This document shows, piece after piece, positions 54,711 through 62,278 of a stretch of 62,278 nucleotides of DNA. The DNA is from Nanobdellati archaeon (lineage in GTDB: Archaea > Nanobdellota > Nanobdellia > Woesearchaeales > JAADFO01): the NCBI GenBank assembly GCA_013152815.1, contig JAADFO010000060.1:1-62278 (forward strand), in the 5' to 3' direction. Each line of letters opens with the position of its first letter. Within the stretch, counting starts at the first letter, position 1. A model generated the notes under the pieces. That model was not told the DNA's origin, did no database searches, and worked only from the letters and a program-made list of their open reading frames with translations. Made by a program: the position numbers and the translations under genes.

Positions 54711-55325
54711 TCATTTTGTCGCGTTCAGATAGTTCTCATCGACTTTCTCCCAATCGATGATGTTGAAGAAGGCCTCTACGTAATCCGGTCTTTTGTTCTG
54801 ATATTTGAGATAGTAAGCATGTTCCCATACGTCCAAACAAAGAACAGGCATTTTTCCTTCACTTAGCGGAGAATCCTGGTTCGGGGTGCTCATCACTTCC
54901 AGCTTTCCGTCACTCACGACAAGCCATGCCCAGCCAGAACCGAATCTTCCTGTGGCTGCTTTGGTGAAAGCGTCCTTGAAGGCGTCAAAGGAGCCGAACT
55001 GTCTCTCGATGGCTTCCATGACCTCTCCTTTGCGTTCCACCCCCTTCTTGAGCAGGGTCCAGAAGAAGGCGTGGTTCACATGGCCCCCGCCGTTGTTCCT
55101 CACCGCAGTCCTGATGTCTTCAGGGACAGCGTCCAAGTCTTGGATGAGCTCGCGGACATCCTTCTCCTGGAGTTCTGGATGGCTTTCCAGGGTCTTGTTG
55201 AGCTTGTTCACATATCCCTGATGATGTTTTCCATGATGTATCTCCATTGTCCTGGCGTCGATGTAGGGTTCCAATGCATCATAGGCATAGGGCAGAGGCT
55301 CTAACGTGTGGGTCATGTCTATCAC
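54711..55325 (-). CDS. sod: Fe/Mn superoxide dismutase
   Basis: [14 protein letters not shown]...[18 protein letters not shown]. Confidence 0.9.
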   Translation of the reverse strand: MIDMTHTLEPLPYAYDALEPYIDARTMEIHHGKHHQGYVNKLNKTLESHPELQEKDVRELIQDLDAVPEDIRTAVRNNGGGHVNHAFFWTLLKKGVERKGEVMEAIERQFGSFDAFKDAFTKAATGRFGSGWAWLVVSDGKLEVMSTPNQDSPLSEGKMPVLCLDVWEHAYYLKYQNKRPDYVEAFFNIIDWEKVDENYLNATK

Positions 55326-55581
55326 CTTTTGTCTTTTAATCTTGTCTTATCAGCATTTGCAAAGATAAACGCTTTTTATAAGTTATGCATCCTGTCCTGT
55401 CTTTTCCTTGTCTTTTCCTGTCCGGGTTTCTCAGGGAAGAAAGAATGAGAAGTTCATAGCTTCAACCCAGATGGGAGTCAAGGGAAAGTATATTAAAACA
55501 GGCATCTTACAGGTGCCTGCCTTTCGGCGCCCATCACTTCCAATCAACGAAATGAATCAACGAAATGAGGAGGTCATCATC

Positions 55582-57699
55582 ATGAACACGACAACCCTGA
55601 AGAATATAGCCTTCACTTCGATCATCGCTGCACTTGTGCTCATGGCGCTATTGATCGTCGGCTGCACATCTGAAATTGGCCAGTCTCCAGGTCAAGGCGG
55701 ACTTGCCCTGTCAAATCCGGATTCCTTCAATCCTCATGGCACGATCACTACTCAGAATTTCAAGAGTGTGGACCAATACAATGCCTTTCTCCGCAATCAC
55801 CAAAGCAACAATTATGGAAACTATGGTTATGGGCTGCCGATGCTGCGGGGAAGCAACATGATCGCAGATGCTGCCATGGTCGCAGAGGCAGCCCCTGCAA
55901 AGGCAACAGGCGTGCCGTCACAGGATGATTTCTCAGGGACCAACAACCAGGTCGCTTCGGTCGATGAAGGTGACCTTCTCAAGACCGACGGCACCTTTAT
56001 CTATACGATCACCGGAAAGACGCTCTATGTCATCAAGGCATATCCCGGAGAACAGGCAAGGATCGTGAGCACGATAGCCTTCGACGACCGGCCGTCAGAA
56101 CTGTTCATCAACGGCGACAGGTTGACCGTCTTCGGTACGATGCAGGACCTGGAATGGTTCAAGGAGCATGACATCAGGGTGCGGCAGGGCATGACCTTCG
56201 TCAATACCTATGATGTATCCGACCGCAGCAATCCTGTGCTCATCAAGGAATATGCGTTCGAAGGCAACTATTACAAGAGCAGGATGGTCGATCGTTTTGT
56301 CTACGTCCTTACCCGGACACAACCGGTCTACCGTCCTCAGTATCCGACGCCGATCATCATGGAAGACGGTGTGGTGAGGTCCATGCCGGTCTCTGACATC
56401 GCCTTCTTCCCTCTGCCCTACAGGCAGCCGCAGCTCGTCACGGTCCACGCATTTGACCTTAATGACCTCGATGCACCCGTCGCTGCAGAGTCGGTCATGG
56501 TGGAATCCGGCCAGAATGTCTACATGTCTGAAGACAACATCTACCTCACCTACAGCGAGTATGTGGACGAATGGAAGCTGCAGCAGGGCATCATGATGGA
56601 CCTCCTCGAAGGAGAGCTCACCGATGCGGACCGGTCCTACATAGCCAAGGTGAAGGCAGCAGACCCCGAACTTCTCTCGAAAGCAGAGAAGGACAGCAAG
56701 ATCTTCAATGTCTACCAGCAGTACCTGAATTTCATGCCTGAAAAGGAGCGTGAATCCTTCCGGGACAAGGTCGACGGGCTGCTCGAGAAGAAGCTCAAGT
56801 CGTTGGGCCACCTCGATTTCACGGTCATCAACAAGCTCTCGGTCTCAGGCAAGGACATCGAGACCGTGGCCAACGGGAAAGTCCCCGGGACCATCATCAA
56901 CCAGTTCTCCATGGACGAGCAGGACGGTCTTTTCAGGATCGCGACGACCACACAGTCGAGATGGAACCGGTTCCTCAAGGAACGCCAGGAATCCAAGAAC
57001 AGCATCTACATCCTCGACAACAGGCTTGCGCAGGTCGGCTCTCTGGAGGACCTGGCAGAAGGGGAGCGGATATTCTCGACGAGGTTCATCGACGACCGGC
57101 TTTATATGGTAACGTTCCGGCGGGTGGATCCCTTCTTTGTCATCGACCTGAGCGATCCGGCCAACCCGAAGAAGCTCGGCGAACTCAAGATCCCTGGCTT
57201 CTCCCGCTATCTCCATCCCTACGATAAGAACATCATCATCGGCATCGGTCAGGATGCGACTGAGCAGGGAAGGACGAAAGGGCTCAAGATCTCGCTTTTC
57301 GACGTGAGCGATGTCTCGGCACCGAAGGAGATCGCCCACTGGGTATCTGACGAGCGTTATGCTCAGTCCTCTGCGCAGAGTGAACATCGGGCATTTCTAT
57401 TCTCGAAGGAGAAGGAGCTGTTGGTCATCCCTGTCTGGAACTATGACTACAGGAACCAGGAGGATTCCTATAACGGCGCCATGGTCTTCCACATCAATGA
57501 GAAGGGCATCGAGCTGCGGGGCCTCATCGACCACAGCCAGGGTCAGAAGCGCTATGGTCCTGCAGTCGAACGGAGTCTTTATATAGATGACCTGCTCTAT
57601 ACCAAATCGGCGAATCTGCTCAGGATAAACCGGCTGACCGACCTCGGCTCGGTGAAACGGATCGAGCTGACGAGCAAAGGCAAGATCCCTATCTACTAG
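55582..57699 (+). CDS. secreted lipoprotein with C-terminal beta-propeller domain (Beta_propel/COG4880-like)
   Basis: ATG 55582 follows GAGGAGG. Leader IIAALVLMALLIVGC (lipobox). FSTRFIDDRLYMVTFRRVDPFFVIDLSDPANPKKLGELKIPGFSRYLHPY and LKISLFDVSDVSAPKE are typical of that family. Confidence 0.7.
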   Translation: MNTTTLKNIAFTSIIAALVLMALLIVGCTSEIGQSPGQGGLALSNPDSFNPHGTITTQNFKSVDQYNAFLRNHQSNNYGNYGYGLPMLRGSNMIADAAMVAEAAPAKATGVPSQDDFSGTNNQVASVDEGDLLKTDGTFIYTITGKTLYVIKAYPGEQARIVSTIAFDDRPSELFINGDRLTVFGTMQDLEWFKEHDIRVRQGMTFVNTYDVSDRSNPVLIKEYAFEGNYYKSRMVDRFVYVLTRTQPVYRPQYPTPIIMEDGVVRSMPVSDIAFFPLPYRQPQLVTVHAFDLNDLDAPVAAESVMVESGQNVYMSEDNIYLTYSEYVDEWKLQQGIMMDLLEGELTDADRSYIAKVKAADPELLSKAEKDSKIFNVYQQYLNFMPEKERESFRDKVDGLLEKKLKSLGHLDFTVINKLSVSGKDIETVANGKVPGTIINQFSMDEQDGLFRIATTTQSRWNRFLKERQESKNSIYILDNRLAQVGSLEDLAEGERIFSTRFIDDRLYMVTFRRVDPFFVIDLSDPANPKKLGELKIPGFSRYLHPYDKNIIIGIGQDATEQGRTKGLKISLFDVSDVSAPKEIAHWVSDERYAQSSAQSEHRAFLFSKEKELLVIPVWNYDYRNQEDSYNGAMVFHINEKGIELRGLIDHSQGQKRYGPAVERSLYIDDLLYTKSANLLRINRLTDLGSVKRIELTSKGKIPIY

Positions 57700-57701
57700 A
57701 G

Positions 57702-57745
57702 CATACTGAAGCCATATTGAAGCCATACTGACATGCTGAAGCGGA
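57702..57745. repeat. 11-nt tandem repeat (catactgaagc / catattgaagc / degenerate copy); a second motif gttgaaga x3 at 57783-57808
   Basis: Read directly in the intergenic region between 57699 and 57825. Confidence 0.75.
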
Positions 57746-57824
57746 CTTCGTTGGAAGTAGAGGATGAACATCAACGAGTATCGTTGAAGATGTTGAGATG
57801 TTGAAGAAGAGGTGAGATGACCGC

Positions 57825-58358
57825 ATGAATCTGAACCCCTGCCTTTTCCTGTTGGTCGCGGTGTTGGCAATGGTGCTCCTGGTGGCAGGCTGCACAAACA
57901 GTGATGATGCTTCCCTTGACACTGTTCCTTCATCCCTGGAAGGGTCTTCTCCAGCTAACGATTCAGCAGCACGACCACAATCCGATGGAGGTGCTGCCGG
58001 CTGTGCTGCGCTGGTGCCTGCCGAACGGAACAGCTGTTGCGTGGATAAGCTCAATGACCTTGATGCCTATTTCGACGGGCAGACCGGAGATTGTCAGCTG
58101 GTCGTGTTGGCAGACCCTGCCGAGAAGGTGCCTGCTCCTGATATCCCTGTTGTTGAGCAGTTCTGCGGCAGCTCCACCGAGGCACCCTGCGTATCAGACA
58201 ATGACTGCATCCCCATGGGCTGTTCCAGCCAGGTCTGCGGCCATCGCAGGGAATATGCAGAAGGCATGGCGACGACCTGTGAATACCGTCTTTGCTATGA
58301 TCCTGAACCCTATGGCCTGCGTTGCGGCTGCAACAACGACGTCTGCCAGTGGGGATGA
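57825..58358 (+). CDS. secreted lipoprotein with C-terminal eight-cysteine domain
   Basis: Leader LLVAVLAMVLLVAGC. C-terminal FCGSSTEAPCVSDNDCIPMGCSSQVCGHR...TTCEYRLCYDPEPYGLRCGCNNDVCQW. Confidence 0.6.
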   Translation: MNLNPCLFLLVAVLAMVLLVAGCTNSDDASLDTVPSSLEGSSPANDSAARPQSDGGAAGCAALVPAERNSCCVDKLNDLDAYFDGQTGDCQLVVLADPAEKVPAPDIPVVEQFCGSSTEAPCVSDNDCIPMGCSSQVCGHRREYAEGMATTCEYRLCYDPEPYGLRCGCNNDVCQWG

Positions 58359-58410
58359 CCATCACTCGTCTCACTAAAAATTTATAAGAACGCCTTCTTC
58401 CCTTTTTGGG

Positions 58411-59655
58411 ATGGACCTTTCTTTCAACTGCATCGTCTGCAAGGGACGGGACTGCAAACGGTACTGCGGCACTGAACATTGTCCGAACTGCGAACGCTAC
58501 AAGGTGATGTTCCGCTCCCAGGAACTCCTGAAGACCGACGGCTTCGCTGGTTTCTCTCCGACGCCGTTTGTGGGCCGCCAGGGATACCCCAAGGTCAACG
58601 TGGGTCTCCTGGCAAGTCCTCAGGAGATCTACGACCGCATGTCCTACGACAATCCTCGTCGTTGGGCAAAGGAAGGGTTTGACATCTACAAGCTGGTGGA
58701 CATCAGGTCGCAGCTGGTGAATTCCCGGTTCCGATCCGATGTCTTCAGTGCCAGGAAACAGGACAAGCTCCTGGAATTGAGCCAGGAGATCGGCATGAGC
58801 ACCAGGCCGGTGGATGTGGAGGTCTCGTTGGAGAAGAGACCTGTCTTTCGGCTTGACTTCGACGGCCATGCAGCTCCCCGGGGCCCTTCTGCCGCTCTCA
58901 AGAATGCGGTCTTGACGTCAAACCCTCATGTGGACCGGAAGGTCGAGCGAGCCGTCGGCGATACCGACGCCAAGGCGGTGACCGCTCTCAAAGAGCTCTA
59001 TGGCCAGGGCATCGACGAGAACCGGCTGTCACGGCTCCTGTCCATCGGCCTGCTGGGAATGAAAAAACAGCGGAAGCTCGTGCCGACCCGATGGAGCATC
59101 ACCGCTGTCGATGACACCCTTGGCAAGGAGCTCCTGAAGAAGGTGAGAGATTTTCCATCGTCCGGCTATTCGCTGCTCTTCGGAAGTTTCCTCGGCAACC
59201 ATTACCTGATGCTCTTCTTCCCAGACCTCTGGAGCTATGAGCTTTTCGAGATGTATGTTCCCGATGCTTCCATGACGCCTCATTTCCATCATTCGACCGA
59301 TTTTGAGCCGTTCGAAGGGAGGAAGCGCTATGCCCAAGAGACGGCGGGCGGCTACTATACGGTGCGATTGGCTATCCTGGAACGGCTGGTCAGGAACAGG
59401 AGGCAGGCATCGGTCCTTGCCCTGCGGTTCGTCACCGACGACTATACTGCCCCTCTCGGTGTCTGGGTGACGCGGGAGGCTTCCCGCAAGGCCATGGCCA
59501 ACAGGCCGTTGCAGTTCGACTCTGAAGAGGACCTGCTCGCTTTCGCGAGGGATGTTGCCCAGAGACGGTTCAGGGTGGACATCTCGGAAATCCTGAAGAA
59601 AAGCAGGCTGCTTGTCCGGATGAGGACGCAGAAACGGCTCACCGGTTTCTTTTAG
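58411..59655 (+). CDS. nreA: Nre-family DNA repair protein (DUF650/DUF651) with C-terminal PIP box
   Basis: N-terminal Cys cluster CIVCKGRDCKRYCGTEHCPNC. FAGFSPTPFVGRQGYPKVNVG. C-terminus QKRLTGFF matches QxxLxxFF. Confidence 0.7.
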   Translation: MDLSFNCIVCKGRDCKRYCGTEHCPNCERYKVMFRSQELLKTDGFAGFSPTPFVGRQGYPKVNVGLLASPQEIYDRMSYDNPRRWAKEGFDIYKLVDIRSQLVNSRFRSDVFSARKQDKLLELSQEIGMSTRPVDVEVSLEKRPVFRLDFDGHAAPRGPSAALKNAVLTSNPHVDRKVERAVGDTDAKAVTALKELYGQGIDENRLSRLLSIGLLGMKKQRKLVPTRWSITAVDDTLGKELLKKVRDFPSSGYSLLFGSFLGNHYLMLFFPDLWSYELFEMYVPDASMTPHFHHSTDFEPFEGRKRYAQETAGGYYTVRLAILERLVRNRRQASVLALRFVTDDYTAPLGVWVTREASRKAMANRPLQFDSEEDLLAFARDVAQRRFRVDISEILKKSRLLVRMRTQKRLTGFF

Positions 59656-59770
59656 GACGATAGGTAGGCTGGACGTATACGATGGGAGTATGATGAACGA
59701 GACCGATGAGCATGAGATGAGAAACGGAACGATGCGATCCTGTCCAGTTTTCTTCTCTTGATGCTCCGGC

Positions 59771-62278
59771 TCACTTCCTGGCCTGTCCCTCTCTGCCCTT
59801 TTCCTGTCCCTGGAGCTCGCTCTTGAACCGTCTGAGTGTCTTGGGGATGTAGGCCGGCTGGGTCCTGAGGAGGTCACTGACCTGCAGGATGACATCGCCT
59901 GAACTCTCTTCTGTCGACGTGAGGGTCAGAAGCTCTTTTCCGACGGGCAGGCCTTTCTTTCTCGCTTTCTTCGCCTGTTTCCATTTCTGGAAGAGTTCCT
60001 TCGCCCTGCCGACGACCTGTTCGGGTCTGCATCCGAGTATGGACGCGATCTCGTCCTGAAGACCTTCCTGCTCCTTGCTTCGGGATGCCGCCGCTTCTCC
60101 CGCGGTGAAGGTAAGGCGTACCACGCCGTCGGATATCTTGTTGGCCTTCTCGATGCGTATGGTCCCTGTCTCGCCGGTGTTGTTCAGGTGGGTCCCTCCG
60201 CAGGCTTCCACATCGATTCCGGGGATGTTGACGATGCGGAGCAGCTTTCCCGGCACTGCTCCTCCCTGGTAGATGCCCATGCCGAAGGTCTTCTCTGCTT
60301 CTGTCCGGGGATAGAATCCCTTCTGGATAGGGATCCTGGCTTTCACGATCCTGTTGGCCTCTTCCTCCATCTGTTTCAGCTCCTGCTCGCTGATGTTCCT
60401 GAAATGGGTGATGTCCAGGGTCGCCTTCTCTCGGGTCTTCTTCGCGCCTGCCTGGTTGATGTGCCCTCCAAGGACTTTCTTGGCGGCGGCATTGACGATG
60501 TGTGTCGCGGTGTGATGCTGGGCGAGCTGGGTCCTCCATGCCTTGTCCACCTTCACCTCGACGGTGTCGCCTTCCTTGAACTTCGGCTTCTCCTCAAGCT
60601 CATGGATGATGACCCCTCCCTGCTTGAAGATGTCTTTGGCGGGCTGTCCGTTGAGGGTTGCCTGGTCCCTGAGCTGTCCTCCTGAGGTCGGATAGGCGAT
60701 GGTCTGGTCAAGGATGGCATGGTTCCCCAGGATCCTCAGGACCTTTCCCTTTCCCTCGAGCAGAAGATAGTCGTCGAAGTAGAGTCCCCTGGTCGGCGGG
60801 ATCCCTTCCAGAGGGAGCTTCTCCTCCTTCTGGGTCGCATGGACCTGTCCTGTCTTCTCGTGGAGTTCAGCGACCTGTCCATAGAAGTTGTCCGGCACCC
60901 TGATGATCTTGCCCTGCTTCCTGGCTGCTTCAACGATCATCTCCGGAGGGATGCCGTTGGAGTCGTAGAGCTGGAGCAGTCTCTTGTCGTCGATCCTCTC
61001 ATCGATGATCTTCTCGACGATCCTGGCCGACTTCTCCTTGGTGGCGATGAATTTTCTGCGCTCTTCTTCCAGGATGTTCTCCACGTCATCGAGGTTCTTG
61101 CTGACTTCGGGGAAGATGGGTTTCAGATACCGGGCGTGCTGCTTTGCGATGTCCGGCAGGTCGAGGTCCCATCCATAGCGGTCGATGAAGCCCAATGCCC
61201 TGCGAAGGATGACCCGCAGGTTGTATCCTCCTCCGACGTTGCTGGGCAGGGCGCCGTCGCTCAGGGCGAAGAGCAGGGAGCGTGCATGCTCTCCCACTGA
61301 ATAGACCGCCGAGAGAGGAAGGATCATGTCCTTGAGCTCTTTGACGTCCATGCCGACGAGCTTTGCGACCTTTGTCCATTCCTTGTCCAGGTCATCTATC
61401 TCGTCGACATTGAGGTAGGACGCATAGGGGAGGAAGCGTCTGATGATGTCAGGGTCGGGCCGGATGCCGGTCTTTGCGAAGAGTGTCCTGCAGACCGTGG
61501 GGAACGTCGTCTCGTAGGAGGTGGCCTTCGCCTGGGTGAACCAGGCATTCCGTTCGTGTCCCATGCCCATGTCCAGTACCTTGAGGCTGAGCTCCTTCGG
61601 GCCAGAGGGTGTCTGCTCGTAGAGCATGTACACCTGGTTGCCCAGTTCCAGTCCTCTGGAGAAGTATTCCATGCAGGGCCCGAAATTCCCTCCTCCTGCC
61701 CAGGCATCCTCATGATAGGTTATCTCCCGGGTCGGCAGTCCAAGCCCTTTGGTCAGCCACCGGTGGATGTCAGAGAAATACTTGGTCTGGTCCCAGTCTT
61801 CCGGTTTCATGAATGCATGCTGTCCTATCATGACAAAGCCGGTATAGTGGGCTCCGGTGATCCCGACATTGTCGATGTCGTTGAAACGCATGCAGAACTG
61901 TGGAACCACCAAAGGGTTCGCAGGAGGCTCCACCGCTCCGGACATAGGGTTGGAAATCATAGATGGATGCCTGGACAAAGTCAGTGTCATCTCTCCAGCG
62001 GGCTGCCACCGGATAGCGTCTGATGGGTGTGTAGCCCAGCTTCCTGAACATACTGGCGAATTCCTGCCAGGTCTCGATGTAGTTGAGCTTCTTCTTCGCA
62101 GGGTTCTTGTCGAAGAAACGGAAGCCCCCTGAACAGGCAGGGTCGCCGCAGGTCTTCTGTTCGCCATCGGTGGTCCAGAAGTAGGTCCCGCAGCTGCATC
62201 GTCTGCGTTCAAATCCTTCTTTCTTGAGGACAGAGACCGCGTAGAACTTCTCAGGGTCTTTGCTGGCCTCCTTCTTGA
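59771..62278 (-). CDS. alaS: alanine--tRNA ligase; 5' end beyond the window; reading frame shifts near 61928-61937
   Basis: Upstream frame, open from the window edge: ...FYAVSVLKKEGFERRRCSCGTYFW...RYPVAARWRDDTDFVQASIYDFQPYVRSG. Downstream frame (track ORF 59771..62212): EPPANPLVVPQFCMRFNDIDNVGITGAHYTGF...HHTATHIV...CGGTH. Deleting one G in ggtgg restores ...YVRSGEPPANPL... Confidence 0.85.
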   Translation of the reverse strand, partial: SRRRPAKTLRSSTRSLSSRKKDLNADDAAAGPTSGPPMANRRPAATLPVQGASVSSTRTLRRRSSTTSRPGRNSPVCSGSWATHPSDAIRWQPAGEMTLTLSRHPSMISNPMSGAVEPPANPLVVPQFCMRFNDIDNVGITGAHYTGFVMIGQHAFMKPEDWDQTKYFSDIHRWLTKGLGLPTREITYHEDAWAGGGNFGPCMEYFSRGLELGNQVYMLYEQTPSGPKELSLKVLDMGMGHERNAWFTQAKATSYETTFPTVCRTLFAKTGIRPDPDIIRRFLPYASYLNVDEIDDLDKEWTKVAKLVGMDVKELKDMILPLSAVYSVGEHARSLLFALSDGALPSNVGGGYNLRVILRRALGFIDRYGWDLDLPDIAKQHARYLKPIFPEVSKNLDDVENILEEERRKFIATKEKSARIVEKIIDERIDDKRLLQLYDSNGIPPEMIVEAARKQGKIIRVPDNFYGQVAELHEKTGQVHATQKEEKLPLEGIPPTRGLYFDDYLLLEGKGKVLRILGNHAILDQTIAYPTSGGQLRDQATLNGQPAKDIFKQGGVIIHELEEKPKFKEGDTVEVKVDKAWRTQLAQHHTATHIVNAAAKKVLGGHINQAGAKKTREKATLDITHFRNISEQELKQMEEEANRIVKARIPIQKGFYPRTEAEKTFGMGIYQGGAVPGKLLRIVNIPGIDVEACGGTHLNNTGETGTIRIEKANKISDGVVRLTFTAGEAAASRSKEQEGLQDEIASILGCRPEQVVGRAKELFQKWKQAKKARKKGLPVGKELLTLTSTEESSGDVILQVSDLLRTQPAYIPKTLRRFKSELQGQEKGREGQARK

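Noticed and set aside
902-57808. CRISPR array among the tandem repeats
   Set aside because: The repeat units are 9-15 nt, directly abutting with no spacers and at most 4 copies. No cas genes are present.
56095-57933. Minus-strand ORFs 56095..56811, 56845..57387 and 57397..57933
   Set aside because: They are antisense to the beta-propeller lipoprotein gene and the following spacer. No motifs were recognised.
58051-59895. Minus-strand ORFs 58051..58869 and 59029..59895
   Set aside because: They are antisense to the eight-Cys lipoprotein and nreA. Their R/P/S-rich translations are typical of shadows.
61987-62212. The N-terminal about 90 residues of track ORF 59771..62212 (MNADDAAAGPTSG...) as the true AlaRS N-terminus
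   Set aside because: That stretch is out of frame. The genuine AlaRS N-terminal motifs (CGD..C, ARWRDD, FQP.V.SG) are in the neighbouring frame, which stays open to the window edge.

Overview
Archaeal chromosomal segment. The evidence is topoisomerase VI A/B, e-type ribosomal proteins (S4e, L32e, L19e), aSUI1, RNase P protein Rpp29, intron-containing tRNAs and TATA-box promoters. Lineage cannot be assigned without a database search. The core is a 17-kb ribosomal superoperon (L3 to L15, then SecY and a DUF106/YidC-like insertase, 26.9-43.9 kb). Many of its proteins carry K/E/A/P-rich extensions built from short tandem DNA repeats. Other housekeeping genes are TrmI, Top6A/B, a domain-permuted glutamate synthase, a KH/Dim2-like protein, split transketolase, endonuclease III, NreA and AlaRS (runs off the right edge, apparent frameshift). 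There are three tRNAs: Cys; Arg-UCU with a non-canonical intron in the anticodon stem; and Gly-UCC with a 44-nt canonical intron. A redox/disulfide set comprises a Trx-like lipoprotein plus CcdA, a frameshifted DsbA-like gene, thioredoxin, SOD and ferritin. Surface/secreted genes lie at the left end (two RHH regulators, a 1122-aa PKD-containing glycoprotein, a CWB2-like protein with a zinc-ribbon tail, a Cys-rich lipoprotein) and at 55-58 kb. The least ordinary parts are: (i) a tightly coupled radical-SAM / 54-aa ORF / NadE / NAD-kinase-like / NAPRT-like cassette (10.5-15.9 kb) that looks compositionally foreign and abuts the tRNA cluster and a tRNA-3'-end-like fragment; (ii) an about 85-nt intergenic element present twice; (iii) an identical-architecture direct-repeat operator upstream of an RHH gene and an ACT-like gene; (iv) three single-base reading-frame interruptions (alaS, dsbA-like, a T8 tract in a membrane-protein gene). 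No CRISPR array, rRNA, transposase or integrase was recognised. All functional calls rest on motif recognition by eye, with no searches run.
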